The notes beneath the pieces are model-generated. The model was not told the origin of the DNA. It searched no databases and saw nothing but the letters and a program-made list of their open reading frames with translations. The position numbers and the translations under genes were made by a program. A DNA stretch of 61,775 nucleotides, the filler included, from Choristocarpus tenellus KU-1152 (taxonomy: Eukaryota > Protista > Phaeophyceae): NCBI GenBank assembly GCA_964200185.2. It is 12 parts of 12 records of this genome, joined end to end, with 100 filler letters (N's around TTAATTAATTAA, not from the genome) between each part and the next. Parts side by side here need not be neighbours in the genome. Positions count along the whole stretch, not along the records: positions 34,065 to 41,193 come from CAXNAD020006646.1; positions 41,294 to 43,962 come from CAXNAD020025795.1; positions 44,063 to 49,738 come from CAXNAD020010046.1; positions 49,839 to 52,441 come from CAXNAD020026369.1; 8 more parts are not named here. One strand, 5' to 3'. Below, piece after piece: positions 38,866 through 50,796 of this stretch. How positions within the stretch are numbered: the first letter of the stretch is position 1; each line of letters opens with the position of its first letter.

Positions 38866-41193
38866 TCACACCAATGGAGGCAAAGCAGAAATGCTACTCT
38901 CAGCCCTCACACTTCCAACCTGATCCTTGGGTAGATACACTGAACCCTCAGTCCCCTCAATCTCTTTAGGACCAACTGTCATTGACGCCCCAGTCACTTC
39001 ATCAACTTGTGACTTCACCACACTGGGTTCCTCCCCTCCTATATCCCCTTTAACTTCCCCCAATGAACCTAACGCCAAACCCTCCCCATTAGCCCCTGCC
39101 TCCATAGTCACCACTCCAGTAACCACCGATGGCGCCACAGGCTCTACATGAGCAGGTGCAGTCAACACCGAGGCAGTCACAGCTGCTACCTGGGGTGCTG
39201 TAGCCTCCATCTGAGCCACTGTAGGTGCAGTCATCCCTGCTGTTGCATATGCCTCCACTAAGGCCGCTTCAAACAACATCCCTGGTGTTGGAGTGACAAT
39301 GGTGCTTGTGTTGCCGCCAATGGGATGATGCCCTGGACCAGAGGTCCGAGGTCTTGCGACCGCTCTGGGGATAGGTTGTCCTTGCTGCTTCATCAGGGCT
39401 CGACGACGTCGAACATTGGTCATGCCCTCTAGCTTGTGGTCTCTACACCGGACAGCTCCCTTGTCAGTCTCCTGTTCATGTTGTTGGTGAGGGTAGCAAT
39501 TGGAGCATGGAGAGTCACTCTTGGGTTGAAGGGTAAAATGGACACAGCCATAGTATGATAAAGTGCATCTGTGTGGCGCTGCAGTGGCACTAAAAAGCAA
39601 GGCAAAGCAAAGCAATACAAACAAACAACGCTTCTTCACTCACCGGATTTCCAAATCCTGGTTGGCGTGTACATCCCGGCTTGTCACATCTCTTCCCCCT
39701 GACGTCAAACATCCCCTCCTCTTTGTGTGTCCCACACAATATGGCTCGGTCTCCTAAATTTCCATATACCGGCTGGCGATTGCATCCCAGTGATTGACAC
39801 CGGCGACTGCAGAAAACACGCCAAGGAAATTTCTTTGTTGTGACCAGCGATGAAAATAGGGTTATGGGTTAATGTGGGCGTACGGTATTAACCGTGAGAG
39901 GAACCAACCGCAGTATGATATGTTGACCAAATACATCAGTATCATATAAAACGTTCTAAGGACATAACGACCTACCAGCTCCCCCAGAGTTAGTCGGAAG
40001 TAAACTCTGATTTCTCAGTAAAATTGGTCGATTCCTACTTTCTGGAGCACTGTTCACACCTTGCTGTTTTGAGAGCCATCTTTTACAAACCATTCTGACT
40101 GCACAGGCAAACAATATTCCTGTCCTCAGCATCCCAAAAGCTCACTGACTACAAATCCTTGCCGGTAAGGAAGCACACAGTGTGTTTCATGGTTTTCATC
40201 AATGATAAGAGTGTGTGGAAAAACATCGAGTCAATGTATCTCAGGGTTAGGGTAGAGCCGCGTCCACTTGGGGGCCAAAATCCAATGTTGCAATTTTGAT
40301 GTAATTTTGGCCTTGGTGCTTGTTAGGAAAGTCTCAACATCCCTGTTTCGGACATACACAAGCTACCTACTCCAAAAATTTCGGAATAGGAAAATGTCAT
40401 TAAAAAAAACTGTGGGAAGCCAAGCCCAAAACGGACAAATAGGGCAAAAATCGTACCCTAACCCTAACATACTTTCATCCATTGTGCAACAGGCCAAAGG
40501 TAACATTTCTCACCAATGAAACGACAAGGATTTGTTTGTCTTTGGCCTATTTCCAACCCCCCATATAATTTGGGAGATGCCAATACCAAAAGGTGTGAAA
40601 TAACTAACAATGACCTTAAACCGCTCAAAACCTTTAGACATAGCTCAGGCTTAGGACTACAGTACTATAAATTTGTACTACAGCACTTACAATGTTCCAA
40701 CAACTTTCATAGCACTGTACACCAGATCGCATACAAACACAAACAACCTTCCAACAAAGAACTCAAAAAAAGAGAGCTAACAACTCAACCTCAGTGATTC
40801 AAATTATAACGTACACCTAACGTTAAAAAAAAATGTGTCAACAAAAAACTTGAAAAAATAAATACCCTACCCAAACCCTAACCCTAATCTGAACAATGCA
40901 ACAGCGATACTTCAAAGCACACAAATAGCTCACAACACAATACGGGAGCTGTATCTCCCTAACACCACCGTTGAAACCCCCCCGCCATCCCACCCCTTTG
41001 CCAAATCCATCCATCTCACCTGACCACATCAACCATGTCATCAGTCTTGTGCTTGGCACAGTACTGGCCCCTCTTCTCCCCTGGTGGAGCAAAACCAGGC
41101 CGGTGCTTACAGTTGAGTGCCATGCACCTTCTGCCCTTGACATTGACCATATCCGGAGTACGATGGGTGGCGCAGAATGATGCACGTCTATCT
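38866..41193 (-). CDS. EsV-1-7 cysteine-rich repeat protein (5' partial; 3 complete + 1 partial repeat, low-complexity C-terminus)
   Basis: Exons 41193-41020, 39806-39644, 39471-38866 join in frame: ..FCATHRTPDMVNV KGRRCMALNCKHRPGFAPPGEKRGQYCAKHKTDDMVDV VS|RRCQSLGCNRQPVYGNLGDRAILCGTHKEEGMFDV RGKRCDKPGCTRQPGFGNP|ETDKGAVRCRDHKLEGMTNV. This is the C-x4-C-x3-P..C-x2-H-x4-M-x2-V pattern. Confidence 0.9.
40228..40480 (-). mobile_element. MITE copy in EsV-1-7 gene intron
   Basis: GAGTCAATGTATCTCAGGGTTAGGGTAGAG ... CGTACCCTAACCCTAACATACTTTCATCC. Internal sequence matches the family. Confidence 0.8.
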
Positions 41194-41365
41194 NNNNNNN
41201 NNNNNNNNNNNNNNNNNNNNNNNNNNNNNNNNNNNNNTTAATTAATTAANNNNNNNNNNNNNNNNNNNNNNNNNNNNNNNNNNNNNNNNNNNNGGCAACG
41301 CAGGCGGCGGCGCAGGTGACAAAAGCCACCCCCTTGCTGTGGGAGCAACTGTCATGGTGTTTTCG

Positions 41366-42295
41366 GGCAACAGGCGGTCTTGGGCAGTGAGAAGGTCTAG
41401 GAGTGAATTGAATCCAAAGCCAGGTGTACGATGTTTGAGTTTGAAGAGACCCGTCGGACCAAAATGAAATCCATGTTATGGAAAACACGTTTATTCTCGC
41501 TGTGATGAAATAAAAACTAGATTCTAATCTGGTTTCAGGCAACAGTTGGTCTAGGGCACGATAGAATTGAATTCAAAGCTGAGCGTACGATGTTTGAATT
41601 TCAATTGATCTGTCGGAACAGAATTAAATCCATGTTCTGGAAAACGCGTGTATTCTCACTGTGATGAAATAAAAACTAGATTCTAATCTGGTTTCAGGCA
41701 ACAGTCGGTCTTGGGCATGATAGAGTTGAATTCGAAGCTGGGCGTATGAACGATGTTTGAGTTTCAAGCGATCCGTTGGACCACCCTGAAATCCATGATC
41801 CGGAAAATACGTGCACTGTGGTTTTTAGAAATTAAAAATTCGATTATATTCGTAATTTCAATAAATAAGAATACAAAGCAAATACTTAATTGATCTTACA
41901 CGTTTCAAATGTTCCGAAACTAAAAGGTCACAAAAACTGATACTCTCTCATTTTTTTAAATACAAAATCTTGTATTGTTCGACATTTGTATTTTTTTTAA
42001 TGCAATTATCAACGGAAAGAGAACTTTGAGTTTCAAGCAATCCGTCGGACCACCCTGAAATCCATGATCCGGAAAATACGTGTATTCTGGTTTTTAAAAA
42101 TTAAAAATTCGATTATATTCGTAATTTCAATAAATAAAAATACAAACCACATACTTCGCTGATCTAATACGTTTGAAATGCTCCAAAACGAAAAGGTCAC
42201 AAAAAACTGATACTCTCAATCTGTTTTAAACATGAAATCGTATACTGTTCGATATTCATATTTTTTGGAACATAATTATCAACGGAAAGAGAAAT
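41366..42295. repeat. Compound tandem arrays: ~160-bp unit (~2.5 copies) overlapping ~270-bp unit (2 copies)
   Basis: GGCAACAG..GGTCTTGGGCA..CGATGTTTGAGTTT..GAAATCCATG.. units start at ~41366, 41538 and 41697. The block TTTGAGTTTCAAGC..GGACCACCCTGAAATCCATGATCCGGAAAATACGTG..AATTATCAACGGAAAGAGAA occurs at ~41756-42022 and ~42025-42292. Confidence 0.88.
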
Positions 42296-42438
42296 CTGAG
42301 TCCTTTGGGCACCGACCAACCAGATGAAATAAAGCAGCACCTCCCAGCCCTCACTCCTCATTTCCATTCCTTCCCTTCCGCACATACCACCAGCAGCTCT
42401 TTCTTATCTATCCCTGTCACACCTTCCCAATCTTCGCC

Positions 42439-42786
42439 ATGTCCAACATTCGCTCAACAATGACCCCCCTGCACGCTAATGGCACTGCCCACGGATCGAG
42501 AGCATCGGACAGCAATGCCAAGGGCATGTCCTCACTCCTCGAACAGCACTACCTTGGCATGTACAAGATGAAACTCGGCAACATCACTTGCACAGAGATG
42601 GTGCGTCCCCTGAGCGAGCGTGGCCTTGCGTGCGTCAGCAAGTCTATCCGTGAAAAAGGCTGGCTTGAGCAGTTTGCTCCATCCATCGTCACCCAACGAG
42701 ACTGCTTAGGCAACAGGGACCAGCTCACCGCCAACACTCCGCTTGCCGTTCAAGGACAAACACTGGACGGAAACCATATACTCTAA
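42439..42786 (+). CDS. Truncated ParB/Sulfiredoxin-like N-terminal domain ORF (115 aa)
   Basis: VRPLSERGLACVSKSIREKGWLEQFAPSIV....TLDGNH resembles the ParB/Srx core (R..L..SI...G...P+.V....+DG.HR). The ORF stops right after GNH. GC-richer than its flanks and intronless. Confidence 0.55.
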   Translation: MSNIRSTMTPLHANGTAHGSRASDSNAKGMSSLLEQHYLGMYKMKLGNITCTEMVRPLSERGLACVSKSIREKGWLEQFAPSIVTQRDCLGNRDQLTANTPLAVQGQTLDGNHIL

Positions 42787-43345
42787 AACACCAATATTTT
42801 GCAAGTGTGACAGACTGTCACGTTCGTTAAAAGAAAACGTCAAAAAAAGGCATGCTTCTTTTTTAAAACAACCATGACAATTGGTACACTCGCTGATGAA
42901 GAAAATGTTACCTCAATTACCAAGGGATGAAGTCTTATTGATGATGGATGACATAGGTGTCAATATGCCACTTTGTTTCACCTATCAGACGTGATTGAAT
43001 AAAAACCTACGTATGGAAGGCATTTCCATTTTGACTTGTGGTAGGGTTAGGGTTGACGGATTGCTAGCATTGGAAATGCAAAACGAAGTACTCTTCACAA
43101 GGAACCCGATGTTTTTGTATAAAAGTATTTGCCAGGAACCACCAAGTCAATGGTTTAGTATTACATACAATTTTTGATGTTTAAAAATATTTTTTATATC
43201 TTATATCGAGAGATTTAGCGATGCAAGCACAGCTGTCTACTAGTTTTTGTCTAGAATATCCTATATAAAATTGAGTTTGTCGATAAAAATAACTTCTTTC
43301 TTTTTTTATCAATGTTTCTGAAGCAAGTTTATATAATCAAATACA

Positions 43346-43531
43346 GCAATTTTAACCCATATTGGCTCCTGTGTTCCAACAAAAGTAGCTAAAATAGGAA
43401 TAGTGGATAAGATATTCAGTAGAGTTAGTGCTGGTGATGATTTAAATAAAGGACAATCAACCTTTATGCTATAGATGGTAGAAACTTCTGCAATCCTTGT
43501 CCAAGGAACAAATAAATAGTCAATTATAATA
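43346..43531 (+). pseudogene. mutS: Bacterial MutS ATPase-domain fragment (decayed)
   Basis: [60 protein letters not shown], matching the MutS domain V motif GSFVPA..A.IG+VD+IFSR+GA.DDL..GQSTFM.EM.ET. Two in-frame stops. AT-rich and intronless. Confidence 0.88.
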
Positions 43532-43704
43532 GTTTAAATACAACTAAAGGTTCGAAATTAAAAACTATTTCTTAGGAAATTATTCTTCAAAGACGAAGGC
43601 TTAGCGCAAAAGGAATATTATGAAGCTTATTCAGTGGTGGCAGAATCAAGGATTGATTCAGAAGAAGAGATTATCAGTAACATTGATGGATTTATATACA
43701 ATAG

Positions 43705-43873
43705 TTAAGTTTCTCCGTGATAGAAAAAGAAATAGTTTCTCTAGCAATAAAAGCAAGAGAGGGACGCTTACAATGTGTCTGATATAATAGGAACATTCTC
43801 TATTACCAATGGCGGGGTATATGGTTCAGTGATTTCTACACCCATTATGAATCCGCCACAAACTGGTATTATG
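43705..43873 (+). pseudogene. sucB: Bacterial 2-oxoglutarate dehydrogenase E2 (dihydrolipoyl succinyltransferase) fragment
   Basis: [22 protein letters not shown].. (frameshift) ..[28 protein letters not shown], matching the SucB catalytic motif [27 protein letters not shown]. Confidence 0.85.
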
Positions 43874-43962
43874 GATCAAAGTATCTGGGGGGGGGGGGGG
43901 GGGGGGCATCCGTTTTTTCCCCTTTTTTTTGTTTTCCTTTTTTTTGTTTGTTTTGGTTGCCC
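43873..43962 (+). mobile_element. MITE left terminus inserted into the sucB fragment, truncated by contig end
   Basis: GGATCAAAGTATCTGGGGG..., same terminus family as 23082 (GAGTCAAAGTATCTTAGAGGG) and 28057 (GGGTCAAAGTATCTGAGGG). Confidence 0.7.
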
Positions 43963-44273
43963 NNNNNNNNNNNNNNNNNNNNNNNNNNNNNNNNNNNNNN
44001 NNNNNNTTAATTAATTAANNNNNNNNNNNNNNNNNNNNNNNNNNNNNNNNNNNNNNNNNNNNGGGGGGTAAAGTGTCGGCGTTTTCTCTCCCCTTCCCAC
44101 CTTTTTCCCCACCCCCCCCCCCCCCCCCCCCCCCCCCCCCGTTCCAAACCCATTCTAAGCCTTGAAACAACCAAGTATCCTCCTCTCGCCCAAGGGCACT
44201 CTGGGGACATCTTGGCATGAGAGCACCCTCATCCTCATGTAACCCTTACCATGACCCGAGGTCAACTGAAAGG

Positions 44274-44981
44274 TCAAATATCATCATCCAGCTTGAAGAA
44301 GTGACTAGAGTTCCTCGTGGCGAGACCAGCTGTCCTCCCAGCAGTGGGCCTTTCTCCTCTCCTCATGTTTCCAAATGGCGTAGATGGCTGACTTATTCGC
44401 CAGTCACTACTGAGATCCGGTTTAATGCCAGGTACTTCTTCCTTCAACTGGTCTTTCCCCACCTCTGCTTCCCCCATCAGTACAACAAAAAACTCTCCAT
44501 TGTCACCCATCTCCAGTGTGTACTCCTCCCGAGCAATATATTCTCTTTCCTATAACAAAGGGAGGCGTTCACAGGAAAATGGGGAGTGGGGTTCAAGGGA
44601 GCCGTACTGATGATATCACAGAATTAAGAGGGGGTAGACAAGGTTGAAATAGCAAGGGGTTCTGTTTTTACCTCAAATGCATACTAACACGATACACCCC
44701 AACCTTTACCTTAGCCTTAACCTTAACCCTGTCCCTATTTTCCGTTAACTCTTATTGAGGGGGTGTTAACTGCAACACTGAGAGAGTAAAAAAAGGGCAT
44801 AAAGTCTTAAGGGGAAAAATAATCTTTGTTCTTCTAGGCTTATCACATACACCACACACCCTGCACCCTTCCAGAGTCGCTCCTAACATCATCACAAAGG
44901 CGTTATCACTAAAACACGATAATGACAGCAATGGATCCAATGGATCATACAGCAAACCAGCAGTGCTTTACAAACAGGGAC

Positions 44982-45015
<34 letters not shown>

Positions 45016-48000
45016 ACATTCTACGCAGCAGTTCCATCAAATTGGTGACAACAATACTTCTGTTTACCTCATACACATACACATAATCCACAAAATAAAA
45101 ATAAAAATAGGTACAACAAGAGTACATCAAACGCACTACATTCACAAGAATATTACAACCACCAAGTACTGTCTACACCTTACCTGGTCACTGTTTAATT
45201 GCTTGTCCGCCTCAGCCTCCATCTCCTCCAATGCGATATCTTCTCCCCCGACCCTTGGGTCCCCCAATCCTACCCCCTCCAGGGCTGCAAGGGCCTCCCG
45301 GCAAGTCTTGGCTACTGCCTCATCAGGGTCAGCAAGGTGACAGTGGAAAGCCCTCACCGCTTCCGAGTAAAGGCCTCCTCCTCCTCCTGGTGGGTTGGAG
45401 CTTTCACCCTGTCAACGTGAAACAATCACATTGTGCAATAGTGCCAACAATGGCATCCAGGTAATAACAGACAGACAAAGACACAGTCAATAGAAAATCA
45501 ACCTTTCAGGGTTAGGGACGAGGATCAGGGTTGGTCAAACCAACGCCTTCCTGCCATCATAACGCCTTTCCTAACCCTATGGTATTATACACCTCTGTCT
45601 CTCTCTCTCTCTCTTTCACAGACAATCAATTCGGGATGATGTGTACTTGTTTACTATAAACATATACTCACAAGGTTGTTTGATGATATTATTAATCACA
45701 AGTCCCTTTTATTACCCTATTTATAACTAAGATACAGTTACCAGATTTATCTTCTCGAATAAAGTCGGCAAATTTAATTAACATACAGCAGCCTGATGAT
45801 TATATGATACAAATGCTGATATTTAAGTTGTTTTCTAATTATTCTGTCGCCTAACACTCTTTTTCTACAACACCCCAAAAGACACAAAGACCGTACCTGG
45901 AACGTTACAATCCGGACTGTAATTCAAAACAATGTCGTAATCGTAACATTAATCTAACTTGAAAATAAACATAATCAAGTAACACAAAAGTTACCCATTA
46001 TAAAGTTCAAGTCGAACAACAATCCTGCATCCTTTCAATTAAAATAAACAATAAAAATCTAGAATAATTTCACATCCTTCCATTCAAAAGCCTCTCCTTC
46101 AACATAGGCAAGCAATCACAAACCCAAGCACACACACACACATTTAAAACATAAGAGTTCATCAATTTACATCACCTTGCTCAGCAGCAGATAGAAGTGC
46201 ACAAGCCTTACAAACGCCTCCCTTATTGCAGCATGCCTCAATATCAATGGTTCGTCCTCATCAAATGGACTGGCCTCCAATGGACCATGGGCCAGCAGTT
46301 CCACCCCCTCCGAAACAGCCCCCTCTATCTGCTGCACCTGATGACAGTCAAAATATAAAAATAAAACATAAGCAAAACAAAAAAAATTGGAGTGCAAACA
46401 TCCCAATACCTAGTCAATCAACGTCAAGAGCTAGGGTTAGGGTTAGGGACAACATGAATCTTCGTTGAGGTTGGTACCCATGGTGGGTAAGAGGGCAAGA
46501 ATCAAATAATAAAAAAATAGTCATACCTTTTTGGAACATTTGTCTGTAAACTCGTCTGTCTCTGGGGGGAGGGGAGAGAGCTTGAAACCAATGGGGGGTG
46601 AAAATGACGATATAATGCCAACTCCACACACAAGCAACCAGGAACTTGGAATTTAGCATTAGGGTTAAGGTTTTCAAGGTTCAGGTCGGGGTTGCAGTAT
46701 ACCTTCACACAAGATATCACTACTACTTGTGGGTGTGAAAGAGCTTATCCCATTTTAAAGAGGGGGCGGGGGGGGGGGGGGTGTTGAGCGTTTTGGACCC
46801 CTGTGACTCCCTTAGGCTACGTACACCTGTACCTTTCTAAAGCCTAATGTGGAAAAATGATTAAATTCTCATATACCGCCACAGCCTCTTAAGGGTTGGG
46901 GTTAGGGTTAGCTACATTTCAGGCATGGGAATAGGATGTGCCAGGCATAAAGGTTTTTGTTAAAAATCCCCCCAGAACTCGAAATTGTCTTTGATAGGTT
47001 ACCCTCTTAGACAGGATGCCCCCCACTACAGAGGGAACATGTTCTGTTGCAGTCTACCCTAACCCTAACATATCTCTAACAAGAAAATTACAACACAACT
47101 ACTGGTATCACTGCAATAGAGTATAAAAAATACCAAAACAAAAAAACTAACCCTAACCCTAACCCATCTACAAAACTCCGCCTCTGTCGGCGATGTAATG
47201 AAAAAAAAGAAGAAAAAATCGTCACATGAGGTATTAAAAATACATAATCTCTCACCAATACCTACATTTTAAGTAGGCAAATAACAAGTGCAATAATGAA
47301 AAAATATACATATATACTGCCAAAAAATAAAAAATCCACAAAAGCACATCGAAAAAGGATACCTACCCACACCCATGGCACACACAATACACACCTAGAG
47401 ATCAACTCACACAAAACAGTAAACACCACATCACACTGTAACAGTAACATCAGTTTCAAAGTCATTGTGCGGTTAGGGTTAGGGTTAGGGTTAGGAAGTG
47501 AAAGTATCTTAGAGGGTACAAGTTTTGCCCTGTTTGTCTAATGTCCATTTGGGGCTTGACTTCCCTTGGGATTTTTATGACATTTTCCCACTCCAAAGTA
47601 ATTTCTGAGTAGATAGAATGTATACGCTATGAAAAGGTGTGTCCGGTACAAGGATATTGACACTTCCTAACATACGCAATAGTTAAAATTACATCAAAAT
47701 CACATCAAAATCGTAAAATAGGATATTGGCCCCCAAATGGACGTGGCTCTACCCTTTAAGATACTTTGGTTCTAGGACTAATCCCCAAGCTATCCCTTGT
47801 CTGTGACTATCTTTGCAGATAGGTGGATACTATTTCATTTCCAAAATGGTTGTGGGTAAGATAGACAGACAGACAGAACGAATGATGCCAACCCCATTTT
47901 TTCACATCATATTTTCACATCATATTTTCACATCATATTTTCACCAGTGGATCTGTACTTACATACACCTAGTTCTTGAAGATGAAACTGTCATGAAACC

Positions 48001-49379
48001 CTCCCCCACACATTGAAAAAAAAAAGTCTTCTTTCAACCAAAAAACCCAAAAAAACTATATAGAGTACATGGCGCAATAATACCTACTCACAAACAGGAA
48101 AATAAACACAAGGCATTGATGGAGTTGTCCAAACGTTGTGACTATATAACTGCCAAAACAAACAACAGTATGAAGCATTGAACATGATACCGCCATTGGT
48201 GTATATATATATATACATACACCACATCCATTGCACATGTTTATACCACTGGTGTCACTTACAACGTCATACTGATCCACCAATTCCCTCCACAACCAAT
48301 TGGCAAGAATCTCAGATTCGCCCTCAGAGTCGGCAGGCTGTTGATTTTTTGTTTCTTGATTTTTTTCCTCTCTACTCACTACATTCCCCACTTTTGAACA
48401 ACATGATTTTTTTTTTGAAGTGTTCCGATTTTTTTGTTAAAAAAAAAGGTACCTCTTTTCAAAACAGAACAGCGCTTGATTGTAGGGGCGCCAGCTGCAG
48501 GTTGGTTTACCTGAGAGTGAGGCAAGTACGGGCCACATTCAAGAGTGATGAGGGCTAAGCACTCTACCCCAGCCCACACTGTGTCTGCGTGGAGAGTAGG
48601 GCCATGTCCATTGTTAACTCCGTTCCTGGAATTGAACCAGAGTGGAGGGAACCTCTTGCCCTGACTGTAGTGGAAGGCATTCCATTCACAAAAAAATGGA
48701 GATAGGGTAAGGGTTAGGGTATCGGATGGGGAAAAAAAAAGTAACTGAGAAGGGAGTGACAATCAGTGTCGTGGCAGCGCCGTCTCGCATCACATATTTA
48801 TATTCTTGATGTATACAGACACATATTTATATTTCATGTAATACTCTGTCATCTTGAAAGTTTGTATTGCGTTTTCGAACGCATGTCCATTCCTTTCAAG
48901 AAAAGCACTCTAATATTTTCATTCTCAATTTCCAACTTCACGTACCTACATGCTGTATATCAGAAAATTGTTATTATTATTTCATTAAATGTACATTTAA
49001 TGTCACTTTACAAAGCACCCATACATACCTTAACCCTAACCCTGACCATAAATACTCGGTAAGTACTCCATATAAAAAAAAGTGTCAAGGTGGAAAATGT
49101 GCCAACTACAAGAACGTTTAATGTCTGTATGCCTGTATATATATGCATGTATGTATGTATGTATGTATGTCTATACCTTACAGCACATCTTGCAGCTGGA
49201 GTTGGAGGTCGATGTAGTGCTAGGAGTGTCATGTTCCCCAGGGCCAAGAGCGCTTCATTCAACATCACTGGCAGCACAGGACTTCCCAGCTCAATGGCCG
49301 TATGCTCAGGATTAAGATGTTGTATTATCATAGTCATCGATCGATATGCCATCAAACGCACTCCTCCTTGAACAGGCAC
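44274..49379 (-). CDS. Helical-repeat protein, probable PELP1/Rix1-like pre-rRNA processing factor (5' partial)
   Basis: Exons 49379-49177, 48664-48511, 46337-46176, 45408-45184, 44549-44274 join in frame: ..VECLALITLECGPYLPHSQ|VQQIEGAV..IREAFVRLVHFYLL..|..LYSEAVRAFHCHLADPDEAVAKTCREALAALEGVGLGDPRV, then an acidic tail. The segment A..AF...L.D....VA..C.EAL...PRV recalls PELP1/Rix1. The exon structure is better supported than the product name. Confidence 0.6.
47471..47495 (+). repeat. Interstitial telomere-type (TTAGGG)n
   Basis: GGTTAGGGTTAGGGTTAGGGTTAGG. Shorter 2-3-unit tracts at ~18055, 18093, 40243, 40456, 40875, 46432, 47056, 47148, 49540 and elsewhere. Confidence 0.8.
47496..47772 (+). 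mobile_element. MITE copy with 4-bp TSD (TAGG), next to (TTAGGG)4
   Basis: TAGG|AAGTGAAAGTATCTTAGAGGGTAC ... CTCTACCCTTTAAGATACTTTGGTTC|TAGG. Confidence 0.85.
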
Positions 49380-49860
49380 CTAATTTCGCATTGACAAATA
49401 AAAAAAATAACACAGTCAACAGTCATCAATACATAACAGATTTCATGCGAGATGTACATAATCAAGCTTCAGCATGAACTGACTTCACTCACCACCTTGC
49501 ATCAGAGTCTTCACACCAGTACTTCACCATGGCGACTATCCTAACCCTAACCCTAACCCTGTGGTCAGAGCCACCACACACCACTTGCTCCAGAGCGACA
49601 TCTACTAAAATAAATAAATACAGTAGTGACACTTACAGATATCCAAAACGTGACCAAATCAACGCTTCTCACCACAAAATAACAAAAAACACCCTTCACC
49701 CCCCCCCCCTTCACCGCCACACCACAACCATCTCTTACNNNNNNNNNNNNNNNNNNNNNNNNNNNNNNNNNNNNNNNNNNNNTTAATTAATTAANNNNNN
49801 NNNNNNNNNNNNNNNNNNNNNNNNNNNNNNNNNNNNNNTACGTAAAATAAAGGGGTTGGT

Positions 49861-49892
<32 letters not shown>

Positions 49893-50796
49893 CACACACA
49901 ACTATCACACTGCCCCCCCAAAAAAATCTCTCAGAACTTAGTGAGTGCTGCTGGTGCTACTAATTTAATTCAAATCTATTACTTCAGCTCAAGTGCTCAC
50001 CCACCAGCGCCAGGTCTGCTCACCTCTATCAACAATCACTCCTAATGAACCTCACCCCACGCACACGCTTTATTTTTTTAGAAATCTGGATGTGATAAAC
50101 CATAGCACATAAAAAAGGCCATCCAATATATAGAAAAAGTTTTCGTTTTCTTCAATATATATGTATTACCTTATAGGGCAGGTGGTCTTGAAGCATCCAG
50201 GCCAAGGAAGCAACAAAGATCGGCTGCGTAGCTTTCATCTCCCTAAGTATCGAGATGTTATTGATCTACCCTCAAGAAAGGCGATAGCATCACAGCAAAG
50301 GGAACAGCACAGTGTCAGACCGTCCCATACATACAGGGCTAAATCAACATCTTACTGATTGTTGACTGTCAACTACCCCTGCCGTGACTCCCCACTATCT
50401 CCACTGCTGTAACTCCTTCAGGTGGAAGGACATCAATCAGTCCTCACTTCTCCAAATCTCAACCCTTGCTATGTATCTTTATTTTTCCAACAGACAAAAC
50501 TCGTATAGCAAAAAAAACAATTGAACCCTAATTTCACCTCTTTCTCAGAGAGCCAACCCAACACATACACAAGCCAAAAAAAAGAAATCAACATACTTTT
50601 TTATATTATTTACTCATTGTTCCAATACTGTCTCTTACCATTCATGGAGAAAAAAAATACACAAGCACAATTAACACTCTCTTCACTAGAAACCAACATA
50701 CCACAACCTTGACAACGCCTTGCCTATCACCACCAACACCACACACACACACACACACACACACCGTGAGGTCTTGAGCACAAGACGCTAACACAC

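Noticed and set aside
48261-48337. Possible additional exon in the PELP1-like gene
   Set aside because: It has AG/GT borders, but the flanking exons join more plausibly without it. Unresolved without RNA data.
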